64,000 nucleotides of DNA from Cladosporium halotolerans (Eukaryota), in the NCBI RefSeq assembly GCF_011745625.1, contig NW_027191458.1, positions 620,001-684,000 of the forward strand. Reading direction: 5' to 3'. Below are positions 1-11,688 of the stretch, piece by piece. Both the position numbers and the translations under genes were made by a program. The notes beneath the pieces were generated by a model. It was not told the origin of the DNA. It made no database searches and saw nothing but the letters and a program-made list of their open reading frames with translations. How positions within the stretch are numbered: position 1 is the first letter of the stretch; every line of letters begins with the position of its first letter.

Positions 1-18
1 TCAAACGCACCGCAAGGC

Positions 19-2363
19 ATGACTCCGATAAACGTACAACAGGCTAATAAGTCGCCCTCTCCAGGCGCCTCCGGACAAGGACCTTCAAGTCCGCCGCCAC
101 TGCCTGAAGGCTGGATTGCTCACCTTGACAGCAACTCTGGCCAATATTATTACATCCACCTTCCGACACAGAGCACTCAGTGGGAATTCCCCAAGGGCCC
201 GACTCCATTGAATCTTCAGGAGCCCATGTCTCCAGTTGGCACCTACCAGAATCCACTGGCTTCGCCTTCTGCATCCATGTTCAAGCAGCCACTTGCATCG
301 CCGGGCTTCGGTCCAGTACCGCAGACGGCCAATTATGATCGTACAAGCATGATGAGCATGGCTTCCGTTGCATCTCCTACTGCTGCAGGCTTCACCGGTC
401 CGCCACCTAGCGCAGGTGTCGATATGTACAAGATCGCACCGACAAACAGCGTCTACTTTGGTCCTTACCTCCGTTACACTAACATGGATCTAGAACGTGG
501 GTTGTGGCTAGGCAGCATTATGCTGGTCACAGACGTAGCGCAGCCTCCATCCATCCACATCCATCAGTCTACCGATCTGTCTCCGAATCCAAGGCAGCTC
601 AAAGCTCACCCCATTCATTCGCATCAACGCTGGACGTTCTATCGCTATGATATTGACCTTCGTATGGAAGATCAGCCGGCTAAATGGACGTACGCCATCA
701 CTTCTCATCTCGGGTGCACTCGTTACGAGTTTTTGGTTGCTGCACGCCACGAGCAAAGCTGGCGTTTCATCGCACATTCAGGCAACGACTTCGCTATCAA
801 CGTGAGTGCCAATGACCGCGCGAAGCTGGGAGGCATTAGCCCAATGTGGAAGGACGTCCTTCTGAAGCATCAGGAATGCGGCGGCTTTCACACACAAATC
901 GGGCTGGGTGGTCAAATCTACGCAGACAGGCTTTGGAAAGACATTCCCGCCCTCAGACAATGGACGCAAATGAGTGGCAAAGAGAACCGAAAGAACGCTC
1001 AGTGGACGGCTAAAATGGATGAGGATGCCACGCACGCTTACTTCCATTACTATACCTCCCACTTCGACCAGCCTGCCATTCGCGAAGCGTTTGCTCAGAT
1101 CCCTCACGTCTGCTGTCTCGACGACCATGACATCTTCGACGGATTCGGAAGTTACCCAGAATACATGCAGCAGAGCCACGTCATCAAGAATGTTGGTCGG
1201 ATCGGTATTGAGATGTACCTCCTCTTCCAGCACCACACGACCTTCGAGATTCTCCGCGCTGTATCAAACGACATCGACCTCTTCACCATCACCGGCCAAG
1301 GATGGCACTTTGTCAAGTATCTCGGCCCTAGCGTGGTCGTCGTTGGACCAGACACTCGCAGCGAGAAGACCACCAACCAAGTCCTGGCCGGCCCGACATA
1401 CCAAGGCATCTTCCCGAAGGTCGCAGTGCTTCCTCCAAGCGTCCAACATTGCATTTGGCTACTACCTGTGCCTGTCATCTACCCTCGGCTTGAAACCATG
1501 GAACATGTGGCCAGCGCTGCTGCTACGGGCAAGAAGGTCGTTACAGGCGGCTTCAACGCGATTGGCAGGCTTGCGGGTGGCGTGGCTGGCGTCGTCGGTG
1601 CCAAAGGGGTGGTAAACTCCGGTTTCGACGGGGTCAAGAAAGCCATCGGCAAGTCTGGCTTGATGCAGGGCGTGCTGAGTCCGTTCGGCGAGGTCGAAGT
1701 GCTCGACGAGCTGCGTGACATGTGGACGCACGAAAGCAAGGTAAGCGCTCTCCCATTCCTCAAAACTATCTCCTAGAGACACCCGGCCGCTAACAAAAAC
1801 CCAACCAGGACCTCGAACGCACCTACCTCATCCGCACCCTCCAAGGCATCTCGCACAACAAATCCATCCGCATGACCTTCCTCTCCGGCAGCGTCAACGC
1901 CTGCGGCGCCGGCCTCGTGCACGACCCGGCGCACCCCTCCGACCACAAGACCATGTACCAGCTGATCACGGCGCCCATCGTCAACGCCCCGCTGTCCAGC
2001 TACATCCTGCGCCTACTCAACTCGCAGAAGCCCATCTACGTGCCCGCCAACGGCCACCGCAGCACGCCCTCGCAGCCCACGGACACCAAGGAGGACATGA
2101 TGGAGATCTTCGCCGCGGATGTTGACGGGAGGCAGCGCGAGCATAGGCGGTTGATGGGGCGGAGGAATTACCTCGCGTGCGTGGCGTATGATCCGGAGGT
2201 CGTGCAGGGCGCTTATGGGAATCCGGTCGGGGGTGGCGGGAGGCAGCATGGTGCTGGGAGGCTGAGTCTGGCGGCGGATTTCATGGTGCAGGGGGATGGT
2301 GGGTTTGGGCAGCCGATGAAGTATGGGCCGGTGATTGTGCCGAGCTTGGATTTCGGTCGGTAG
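19..2363 (+). CDS. WW-domain + PhoD-like phosphatase-fold protein (probably 5'-truncated by the window; exons 19-1740, 1809-2363)
   Basis: WW motif LPEGWIAH..YYY..TQWEFP; PhoD-like segment DDHDIFDGFGSY. Intron 1741-1808 (GTAAGC..GCTAAC..CAG) joins ESK|DLERTYLIR in frame with the 1872-2363 ORF. The frame is open back to base 1. Confidence 0.8.
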
Positions 2364-2731
2364 AAAGGGGGCCTAGGATGACACACGTTCGTTGATGAGT
2401 ATGAATCGAATGAAAGTAATGATCAAAGGAGAATGGGTTCAAAGCAATCCGAGAACGAGATGCCTCGCTCATGTGTTTGTATACATTTGATATCCTGGAG
2501 ACGGCGTGCTGTTGCGCGGTTGGGTATCATGAGAGGTTCAAGGAGCTAAACCGCGCTTCTTCTACGGGCGGCACTTGAGCTGCTTGAATATATGCCGTTT
2601 TGGCGAGGTCGCTCGCACCCTATGTCTTGCCGCGTGTCGACTCGCCAGGAAGAAGTTCTTTCGCCGCATAGTGCCCGAGATTATTACGTGGGGTTAAAAG
2701 GCTGTCAATCGACTTTCTGCCTTTTGCCGTT

Positions 2732-3755
2732 TCACCGCGCCACATTCTGGGAATCCCGGCTCAGTAGCTCGTGCGCGGCGATCAGCTCTGCTTCGCTGTA
2801 GCCGTCGAATCCCTTCTCGCCGGATTTGCTGCGCCGCACGATCTCGGAGAGTTTGGCGGTCGCTGCTTCGTTGAGCTTCTCTGTGGTCTTGACGGATGGC
2901 GGCGGCAGTTCGGCGGTGGAGGTTTTTTGGGAGGAGGCCGAGAGCAGAGGAAGTAGGCGGGAGGTTGTCTGCTCTGTTGTTAGTTCTGGCTTCGAAGTAG
3001 CATGGCTGCTTTGGACTTACAAGCTTCAAGCCGTAGTAGCCGCGCAGATAGTCGTCGCAAAGCTCGATACATCTGCAAAACCGCCTCATAGCTTCGCTCA
3101 GCCCCTTGACCTGCTCAGCACCCTCCGAGTGGTTGGCATTGAGGTACAGAACCTCACCCAGGCGCGCGTGAATGTTCCAAGCATTAGGCGTCACCAGCAG
3201 CACCTCCTCCAAGCTGAAGATGGCCTGCTCGTACAGCCCTTGCGTCAGATACACATCCGCCAGCTCCGCCCAGCTCTCAGCATCTATAGGCGAAGCGTCC
3301 AGCAGCTCCGTCAGCGCCGCGACCGCCTCGTTCGTCCTGCCCATGGACCTCAGCAGCGCCGCTCTCCGCTTACGCACCGCGAACAGCGTCGGGTCATCCT
3401 GCAGCAGCTCCTCATACCTGCCCAGTACCGCCTGCAGTTCCGTATCGTTCTTCGCCGTCGCTTCCTGGTACAGTCCATTGAGCGCCATTACGCGCTCGTT
3501 CTCTTTGCCGAAGCGGTCGGTGATCTCTTCCAGGCACAGGTAAGCGCTTTCGCTGTCGCCGGACGCCAGGCAGGCGATGAAGATGTTGTTGTATATTTGC
3601 CATTTTTCTTGCGACTCCGAGGCTGAGAGGAGGGAGAGCGGCCAGGGCAGGTTGAAGGAGGCTTGCGAGGCGAAGAAGGACGGCGCGGCTTGGGACAGGT
3701 GGAGGGCGGATTCGGGAGAGGTGTTTGATGGCGGGGCGAGGAGCGCGGATGCCAT
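2732..3755 (-). CDS. EMC2: ER membrane protein complex subunit 2 (TPR protein); exons 3755-3021, 2968-2732
   Basis: TPR motifs DAESWAELAD and FSLEEVLLVTPNAW, plus FCRCIELCDDYLRGYYGLKL. Intron 3020-2969 (GTAAGT..ACTAAC..CAG) gives C-terminus ..ELIAARELLSRDSQNVAR*. Confidence 0.85.
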
Positions 3756-4267
3756 GTTGGACAATTGCGGCGACGGACTGTAGATGTTGGAATGGCTGTT
3801 CACGGATAGAATGTCGGCTTACTCGTGAGGTCGGTGGAGGGCAGAGGTGGCATTCAAGGGTCCGGGGAGCTGGTTGATGGACAGTTCACTAGACGTCGGC
3901 TAAACCCCATCAATTTGGGGGCGCGAGGCGCGAGCTGGCAGCCCATGATGAAACCGCTCAATTTCGCGGGGCAGCCGCAGCCACGCGAGCACGAGCATCT
4001 GCATGTGTCAACGACCCTCGAGACACTTTCGCTCCGAATAATCTGCTACCGAGAACAAGACTGGATCAACACAAGGACTCCGCAGTGGGAATGATGCAGT
4101 TCCTTTACTGAGAGATGCGCCAGACTCTCATTCAGAGCAGGATGCGCCCGGCGTATTACAAACAGCACTACTTGGATAATTCGCAACCGTCTATACGAAC
4201 GTTTTGAAACCCAAGAGACTCTGAAAGCGACATAGTACGATAACCGCGCGATTCTTTCAAGGCCATC

Positions 4268-7200
4268 ATGTTCGAGAAAGATGTGCTCCAGCTCATTCGG
4301 GGCCTCAGAGCCCACAAGGGCGAGGAGCGCGAGTACATCCAATCGTCATTGCGAGAATGTAAGAAGGAGATCAAGAGCAACGACATGGACCAGAAAGCTA
4401 CGGCGCTTCTGAAATTGGTGTATCTGGAAATGTTTGGACATGACATGGGCTGGGCTTCGTTCAACGTTCTGGAGGTCATGTCCTCGCAAAAGTACCCGCA
4501 CAAGCGAGTGGGATATCTGGCGGCGGTGCAGAGCTTCAGGCCGGATACTGAGGTCTTGATGCTGGCAGAAAACCTGTTGAAGAAGGATCTGACAAGTCCT
4601 GACAAGAATCTGATCCATTTGCCGCTGAATGCAATCCCGCATCTGATCAACCCGAGCATGGCCAACTCATTACTTGCGGATCTGCTCCCGAGGCTATCTC
4701 ATTCTCATCCTGCTGTGCGGAAGAAGACGATCGTCACTCTCTACAGGCTTGCCGTCGTCTACCCAGAGACCCTTAGGCCGGCTTGGCCGAAGATTAAGGA
4801 ACGACTTCTAGACGAAGACGAGGACCCTTCTGTCACTGCTGCCATTGTCAACGTGGTGTGCGAGCTGGGATGGAGACGACCACAGGACTTTCTGCCTCTG
4901 GCACCTCATCTATTCGAGCTCCTCACTCAGGGTGGCAACAACTGGATGGCAATCAAGATCATCAAGCTCTTCTCACAACTTGCGCCTCTGGAACCTCGTC
5001 TGGTGAGAAAGCTCCTTCCACCACTCACAAGTATTATCAAGACGACTCCTGCGATGAGTTTGCTGTATGAATGTATCAATGGCATTATTCAAGGAGGCAT
5101 CATGGAAGTCGCGGCAGGCACAACCGAGGGCGACGAAGTGGCTCGCTTGTGCGTGAGCAAGCTCAGGGCTATGCTAGTCGTGCAAGGCGATCCAAATCTG
5201 CGGTACGTTGCGCTCTTGGCCTTCGGCAAGATCACCGCATCGCACGCAGACTTGGTAGCGGACCACCAGGACGTCATCCTCGAATGTATTGACGACGCGG
5301 ACATATCCATTCGTACCCGAGCTCTGGACCTCGTCGTCAACATGGTGAACAGCAACAATCTCCAATTAGTTGTAGAAAGACTTCTCAAACAGCTTAAGAC
5401 CGCGGGCAAGCAGTCTCCTGTCAACGAGCCGGAAAATAGCAGGACTTTCCATGAGGGCGTGATACCTATGGCAGATGACGACGATGAGGGAACTGCTACT
5501 CCGGTCAAGAACAAAGACCAGAAATCAAACCAGCCGCCTCCACTACCAGAGGACTACCGACAGTCAGTAATCGAGCGCATCCTTGAAATGTGCTCGAAGG
5601 AGAACTATGTCAACATGGACGATTTCGAATGGTACATCACAGTATTGGTCGAGCTTGTTAAGCAATGCCCATCTTCTTCCCCAAGTGGCACCTTCGGTTC
5701 AGCGGCTTGGAAGAAAAGCATGGCTGATGCCATTGGCGACGAGCTTCGCAATGTCGCAGTACGCGTGAAGGGCGTTCGTCCTGAAGCTGCAGCCGCAGCG
5801 CAATCGTTGCTTCTCTTGGATAATCGGGAAGAGCACTTCGCTCAAGCGACAGAGAACGCCCAAAACGTCCTTTCAGCAGCAGCTTTTATTGCCGGCGAAT
5901 ACGCTGCAGTGCTGCCTGATGCCGGTGCTGTCATGGCTTCTCTGGTTCACACAACTACCACCCAATTGCCAACGCATGCTTTGGCGAGCTACATTCAGGC
6001 GATACCCAAGGTCTTTGCTGCATTGACAAGCAACGAGCAGGTACCATGGACTGATTCCAGGAAATCGGAGGTCGTGCTTCTAATTGCACGTATAACTCAT
6101 TTCTTGGAGCCTCTGAACTTGCACCCTAGCTTGGAAATACAAGAGCGGGCTGTAGAATACCTTGACCTTATGCGATTGGCATCCGAGGCAGTCTCGGCGC
6201 AGCAGGTCGACTCTGAAAATGGAGGTTATGCGGAGCCGCCTTTGCTTCTAACACAAGCTATTCCATCACTATTCACTGGCATGGATCTCAACCCCGTCGC
6301 CCCGGATGCTGTGCGCAAGGTAGCAGCGCCCGAATCACTCGACTTGAATGCACCGATCAACAGCAGTCTGGAAATGATCCTCCAGCAGGCCGAATATGAC
6401 ACCGAATACGACTCTGGAGAGGACGAAGTACGCCGGTTCTATTACGAGAAGCCATCAATGGTCAAGACAAGCTACGTAAAACCTGCGTCTGAGCTCCTTG
6501 AAGACAGAGACTCCGGGAGTGCATCCTACCAAGATACCGACCGTGACTCTCTTCTCGACCCGGAAGCTCTCGAGCGAAAACGCGCGGAGCGTCGCGAAAG
6601 GTACCGCGACGATCCCTTCTACATAGACTCTGAGCGAAACTCAGGCACGTCCACGCCGATGCACAACATCCTCCGCTCAGCCAACGGCTCTGACCTGGAC
6701 GTCGACGCAATTCCTGTAATGGAGCTGAAGCTCGACAGTGGCTCCGGCGACAGTTCCCGGGCCCCCAAACCCAAGGCTCACAAGAAGCCCAAACGCCATT
6801 TCGAGATCACATCGGACGAGACCATTGATGGCGGCGAGCCCACGTCCTCGTCCGCTCCAATCTCGTACTCTTCCAGCCCCTCTGGCCGCGGCGGAATTAC
6901 GCAGCGCGGGAAGAAGAGCTTGCTCGAATTTAACAGCGCTGGTCTTTCTGCTCTTTCGTTAGAAGATGGCCCGAGCGCTGGAAGTAGCAGCCGCGGTAAC
7001 GCAGGCAGCAAGCTGGACTTCGAGCGTCGCATACAGGAGGAGGAAGAGTTGGCGAAGGCCATGAAGGAGGTTGAGCGGCTGCGCTTGGAGATGCAGAGGC
7101 AGGCCGAACGAGTTGAAGAGCCTACGGAGGAAGGGACGGTAGTTAAGAGGAAAGGACGCAAGAAGGTTCGAAGTGGCATTGCAGCTGACGAAGGGCAAAG

Positions 7201-7369
7201 CCTTGGAGGCGACGACGGAATTAAGAAGAAAAAGAAGAAAAAGAAGGTGAAGGAGAGCGAGGCGCCAGCAGCAGAAGCGTCGGCCAAGGGTGAGCAAGAA
7301 CAGGAGAAGGAAGAGGCGCCCGTCAAACCCAAAAAGAAGAAGAAGAGGCAAGTAACATTTGACGAGTGA
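4268..7369 (+). CDS. APL5: AP-3 adaptor complex subunit delta
   Basis: 1033 aa ORF. N-terminus MFEK..LIRGLR, adaptin-N motifs KRVGYLAAVQSF and NNWMAIKIIKLF, LEIQERA, DDPFYI, lysine-rich tail. Confidence 0.93.
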   Translation: MFEKDVLQLIRGLRAHKGEEREYIQSSLRECKKEIKSNDMDQKATALLKLVYLEMFGHDMGWASFNVLEVMSSQKYPHKRVGYLAAVQSFRPDTEVLMLAENLLKKDLTSPDKNLIHLPLNAIPHLINPSMANSLLADLLPRLSHSHPAVRKKTIVTLYRLAVVYPETLRPAWPKIKERLLDEDEDPSVTAAIVNVVCELGWRRPQDFLPLAPHLFELLTQGGNNWMAIKIIKLFSQLAPLEPRLVRKLLPPLTSIIKTTPAMSLLYECINGIIQGGIMEVAAGTTEGDEVARLCVSKLRAMLVVQGDPNLRYVALLAFGKITASHADLVADHQDVILECIDDADISIRTRALDLVVNMVNSNNLQLVVERLLKQLKTAGKQSPVNEPENSRTFHEGVIPMADDDDEGTATPVKNKDQKSNQPPPLPEDYRQSVIERILEMCSKENYVNMDDFEWYITVLVELVKQCPSSSPSGTFGSAAWKKSMADAIGDELRNVAVRVKGVRPEAAAAAQSLLLLDNREEHFAQATENAQNVLSAAAFIAGEYAAVLPDAGAVMASLVHTTTTQLPTHALASYIQAIPKVFAALTSNEQVPWTDSRKSEVVLLIARITHFLEPLNLHPSLEIQERAVEYLDLMRLASEAVSAQQVDSENGGYAEPPLLLTQAIPSLFTGMDLNPVAPDAVRKVAAPESLDLNAPINSSLEMILQQAEYDTEYDSGEDEVRRFYYEKPSMVKTSYVKPASELLEDRDSGSASYQDTDRDSLLDPEALERKRAERRERYRDDPFYIDSERNSGTSTPMHNILRSANGSDLDVDAIPVMELKLDSGSGDSSRAPKPKAHKKPKRHFEITSDETIDGGEPTSSSAPISYSSSPSGRGGITQRGKKSLLEFNSAGLSALSLEDGPSAGSSSRGNAGSKLDFERRIQEEEELAKAMKEVERLRLEMQRQAERVEEPTEEGTVVKRKGRKKVRSGIAADEGQSLGGDDGIKKKKKKKKVKESEAPAAEASAKGEQEQEKEEAPVKPKKKKKRQVTFDE

Positions 7370-7401
7370 GCTGCAGATACCAAAAACAACATGATAGAAA
7401 G

Positions 7402-8400
7402 TTACCCGGCGTGAAGTCCGGCCATCCAACTCGACGTCGAGATCATCTCATCAGGATCGTCACCATCCTTCGAGTGCCCGCCTAGGATCTCCGGGTGCTC
7501 CATGAACTCGTTCCCTCGACGCTCCAGTAGGATGCAGTGTCTCACATGCCAGAGTGTCTCAGCGAGCGAGAAAGCTCCAATCCCAAGTACCAGCAATTGC
7601 CCCATACCCAGCCACCAAGGCCTGTCACCTCCAGGTCGGACGACCGCCTCTACCATGGTGATGCAGACGGCGTAAATCGGTAGCTGGAAGCTCAGTAGCA
7701 GCAGCGCCTTGTTCGATGTCCTGTCGGATGGTAGTTTGAGCCACAACCGCGTGAATTTCCTACTAAAGACTCCCGGGCAGTTGAATGGGTACGACCAAAT
7801 CATGAGTGGGATCATCAACGATCCAAAACTGTAGAGGACCAGAATCGCCCATCGCGAGTAATGTGTAAAAAGTCCCCTCCCTCCGAGGCTGGACTCAGGC
7901 GTATTGCAGACCAGTTCGTCGCTTTGTGTGTACAGTTTGGCCCAGAAGAGGAAAGCCTGAATGTAAGTGAACAGGATGGCGATCAATCCAAGGACATTCT
8001 TGAAGCGACCAAGGTCCCTCCACCGACCGAAGAGCATGGTGAAAGGTACAATCGTCGTGAGCAGGAAGAGTAGTGTCTGTGCCACCCAGAAGTCTTGCAC
8101 GATGGAGACGGATCCGAAAAGTTCCATCGAAGATTTCATTGCTAAGATGATATTGATGATCAGGACGATCGTGATTGACGACATGACCACGCTTTGAGAG
8201 TGCTCGAGGCCCGTGACGGCGGCGAGAGACAATGCTATGCATAGCATGTAGAGACCAAGTCGGATTCCGACACCTGTAAGATCGGCATCTGGGTCAACAT
8301 GTTGCTGGCACAGAGGATCAGTTGGTAAGATGCGAGGAGCGATGTGCACAATGTCAGAAAATGGAGTGTAAGCGTCCTGTATCGGCGGAGGCGGTACCAT
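7402..8400 (-). CDS. Hypothetical multi-pass membrane protein (~7 TM)
   Basis: Open frame from ATG 8400 (~332 aa) with several hydrophobic segments and a DADLTGVGIRLGLY motif typical of fungal hypothetical membrane proteins. Confidence 0.65.
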   Translation of the reverse strand: MVPPPPIQDAYTPFSDIVHIAPRILPTDPLCQQHVDPDADLTGVGIRLGLYMLCIALSLAAVTGLEHSQSVVMSSITIVLIINIILAMKSSMELFGSVSIVQDFWVAQTLLFLLTTIVPFTMLFGRWRDLGRFKNVLGLIAILFTYIQAFLFWAKLYTQSDELVCNTPESSLGGRGLFTHYSRWAILVLYSFGSLMIPLMIWSYPFNCPGVFSRKFTRLWLKLPSDRTSNKALLLLSFQLPIYAVCITMVEAVVRPGGDRPWWLGMGQLLVLGIGAFSLAETLWHVRHCILLERRGNEFMEHPEILGGHSKDGDDPDEMISTSSWMAGLHAG

Positions 8401-9110
8401 CTTGGCGCCTTTAGATCTAATTGAGACGGTACCGTCTTGCGAAAATGCTTGTGATGTAAATGGCAAAGCTGTATTGTCACTTTGTGTTTGAGAATGTCAG
8501 GAAATGACTAAGAGAGTTTTATATCCTTCCGTGCGAGAAGATTTCGGAAGATTGATGTTCTCAACTCCGAGCCGTGGGCGTACCGTCGGATCACGGTTGA
8601 TGCTTTAAGCTTCATCTGACCTATATATATTTGTAGCTATTAGCTACATGACTGCATTAACCACTACTCGCAAAGCACATCAGTATCATTGAATTGATCT
8701 CCTCCAAATAGTTGAGTAGAAACAAGTAACTTGACATGCGTTGTCGAAATATGCCTCTTACTACATCGGCTCATTGCCTCTTTTTCCGACAATCGTCTCA
8801 TTGAAAGTAATAGCGAAACCGACATCCCACGTCCTGGAGCTTGCTATCAACAATGATACGCGTGGACCATGCAGCTTATGTGCGTCGTCAGAGCTCTGCT
8901 CGGGATATGAGCTGGTTTGTGGAACCGACGGGAAGCTTGCCTGGGGTACGTGGACTACATGGTGGGGGATTCTTGCACAAGACAGATTATTGCCTTTCCA
9001 ATGATACGATTCTCCGATAACATTGCAACCACATGTGAAATTAGTAATTTGCGGGGGATCATTTCGAAGTTGCGGTCAATTGTTGTGTTGATTCTTTGTT
9101 TGCGCAACAT

Positions 9111-11297
9111 TCACCCAAGTCGGCTCTGCCTCGCCTCTTTGGTCCACAAGTCAGCAATGTGCGAAGACTTCCTACTTGATCTAAAAGAGGGCTTCGGCAA
9201 CGGCGACCGGACAGTATCAACGTCGGGCATTGTAACGTGGTCCGAAAACGACGTTTCACGTGAGAAGAATCGATGGAGACCACTTTTGCGACGCTGTGCC
9301 ATCAAGTGTGTGATCTGCTGCGTCTCAGCTTCCATGTCAGAATCAATGCTCTCCACCACGTTCTTTCGCCTGCCGCAACTGCCAATCCATGCAACCATCA
9401 GCCCAGCGAAGTGGAATATCATCAGGAATTGCTCACGCCAGAAGCGCATGCCTCGTGTGGTGTTGAGCGAGCCGATCAGTATGAAGAATGGCACGCAGAC
9501 CGTCGAGATGACTATGGCGAACATCCAATAGTCATGCTTCTGAGGCATATTGCTCATACCGAAGACTGACGTGACAAACGTGAGTGGCAGAAAGAATATG
9601 TTGACAAGAGTCAACAGCTTGATGTTGTGACCCTGCTGGATGGCGACTTCGGTGTTCTCGACGGACTTTCTGCTCTCTTGGATGGAAGTGCCGACGAACA
9701 GTTCCTCGCGCAAACCTTTTATGTCGTCGCGCTTCTGGTCATTCTCGGCCATCTGAGCTCGTAGACGTGTGATTTCAAACCCAAGCTTTTTGCGCAAGGC
9801 GGCCATGCGCTTTTTGAAGTACAGATTTCTTGGACTGTCTTGGTCAGGCAGTGGCCAAAGAGTCTTGTGCTTGCCCTCCCAGACTTCGTCAGTGAACGTA
9901 TCTTCGTAGGCATCTACGATGGCCTTGAGAGAGTCATTCACGATCCCGAGGGTCTGATATGCCCAGAAGTAGCGGCGGCAAAGCGTAAAGTCAGAATCCT
10001 CGAAGAGTAGATTGTCTCGGACCGATGAGTCGAACATGAAGTTTAGCGGAGGCGTAATTAGTTCGGTGATCGCTTCGTAGATCTGTTCGAACCTTTTCGC
10101 CGCATCTCGGAACTCGCCCAGCAAGGCGACCATGAAGGCTTCAACTCCATTCACATAGTTCCTCGAAGGCTCATGGCTATCACCGGAAGAAACGCAGTCC
10201 GGATAGCAATGTACGTTGAGCAGTTGCCATGGCGCAAAAGGATCGTAGACGTAACCGTGCTCAGTGGTCCTTCGCCGTGAGCGGTTCTTAATTTTCTTGA
10301 TCGGCTCACCGGCGAGGGACAGAGCCACTACCGAGCTGCAACGAGTGATAGGCGTGTGGTGAGGCTTTCTGCCATTCTGTCGGTCTGTCATTTGCCATGC
10401 CATGGGCTCGCAGTCTTCTCCGATAATAGTGAAATACTCGAAATTGAAGACAAAACTCCTGCGTCTTCGATGATCCTGATCGTAGGCCCGGTGTACATTC
10501 GCGGAAGAGCGGCTGATACTGACAAGGTGCTGAAAGATCTCGTCCACATCAAAAGAAGCTTTGGAGGTGAAATGAATCGCACCAAACAAGCTAGGACTAG
10601 GTTCGTGCAGGTTCGTGATTCTGCCAACTGCTTTACGTTCTTTGCCCGGATTGTTGATTTCTTTGATAGTGTTCCAGATTTTGAAGGCGTTGGAAGGTCC
10701 TTGCTCAGGCTCAGGCAGCTCGACAAGCAGCGGCGCTCCGTCGGTACCAATGTCAAACACCTCCAAATGGCTGATGTGGCTTCTGTCACTCACGAGACCA
10801 CGTATAGTAGGGAATAGCGGCGGCCGTGTGAGACGCCTTGACTTATCGATGGCATCCTGTAGAACTTCCTTGCCATACCTCGTCCATGGATAAGACTTCA
10901 AGTGCTCTCGTAAGCCCTCGTGGTCATAGAATTCGTGATCAAGAGGTGATTGCACATAATAAGACTCATCATCCTCATCTTCACTAGATTCCTGACCTGT
11001 CGCTCGCGAGTCCGATGTTGTCTCTAGCGTAATTACACCGGCTGAGGACTTCCGGATGTCCCGAGGGCGATCGGTCGTGTCATACGATACCATAGACGGA
11101 CGAGGCGAACGGGCAGTCGGCGTATCAATGCTAATGCTCGTCGCCCGAGCAATGGCAGGGATGGTCGTCTCTCGTCTGACGGAGGCTTCAAGGTCTTTCA
11201 CCAGCACATCGTGGAGCTGAGTAAAGGTGGTAGCGAACGCGTTCCTCTGCGTCTCCAATCGCTGGAGCAGCGCTTCGACACCCGGAGAATCGCCCAT
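9111..11297 (-). CDS. CorA-like (Mg2+ transporter superfamily) membrane protein
   Basis: C-terminal two-TM hairpin IKLLTLVNIFFLPLTFVTSVFGMSN after a coiled coil, preceded by a long soluble domain. Start chosen at ATG 11297 (MGDSPG). Confidence 0.75.
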   Translation of the reverse strand: MGDSPGVEALLQRLETQRNAFATTFTQLHDVLVKDLEASVRRETTIPAIARATSISIDTPTARSPRPSMVSYDTTDRPRDIRKSSAGVITLETTSDSRATGQESSEDEDDESYYVQSPLDHEFYDHEGLREHLKSYPWTRYGKEVLQDAIDKSRRLTRPPLFPTIRGLVSDRSHISHLEVFDIGTDGAPLLVELPEPEQGPSNAFKIWNTIKEINNPGKERKAVGRITNLHEPSPSLFGAIHFTSKASFDVDEIFQHLVSISRSSANVHRAYDQDHRRRRSFVFNFEYFTIIGEDCEPMAWQMTDRQNGRKPHHTPITRCSSVVALSLAGEPIKKIKNRSRRRTTEHGYVYDPFAPWQLLNVHCYPDCVSSGDSHEPSRNYVNGVEAFMVALLGEFRDAAKRFEQIYEAITELITPPLNFMFDSSVRDNLLFEDSDFTLCRRYFWAYQTLGIVNDSLKAIVDAYEDTFTDEVWEGKHKTLWPLPDQDSPRNLYFKKRMAALRKKLGFEITRLRAQMAENDQKRDDIKGLREELFVGTSIQESRKSVENTEVAIQQGHNIKLLTLVNIFFLPLTFVTSVFGMSNMPQKHDYWMFAIVISTVCVPFFILIGSLNTTRGMRFWREQFLMIFHFAGLMVAWIGSCGRRKNVVESIDSDMEAETQQITHLMAQRRKSGLHRFFSRETSFSDHVTMPDVDTVRSPLPKPSFRSSRKSSHIADLWTKEARQSRLG

Positions 11298-11688
11298 GTC
11301 CGGAATCCGCCACGGCACGACGCGGCAGCATTTGTGAAAGTAGGTAGCACGAACGCGTCCTCGTTGAGAGAAAGTGATGCCCACGCATTTCGCCACTTCG
11401 CCTTCGTCGTGAGGCTGAGATTCGTCTCGTGCACCGGCCTCCTGCAAGCATGCGCTAGCTCGCTCGCGTAACTGCAAGCCTTCCGATTTCTCCGGCCTCT
11501 CGTGGTCTCCAAGATGCGCACCGTGGATATATATCTGGCGAATTGTAAATGTACCGGTTTAGGTCGTGGGAATTTAGTCTTCTTCTCTGCTTATTATATG
11601 ATCATATAGTGTGCCTCTCCGCACATGAGCCAGTACATCTCTCATTAGCACCCAACATAGCGAGCCACACAGGCGCACCTATCCACCA

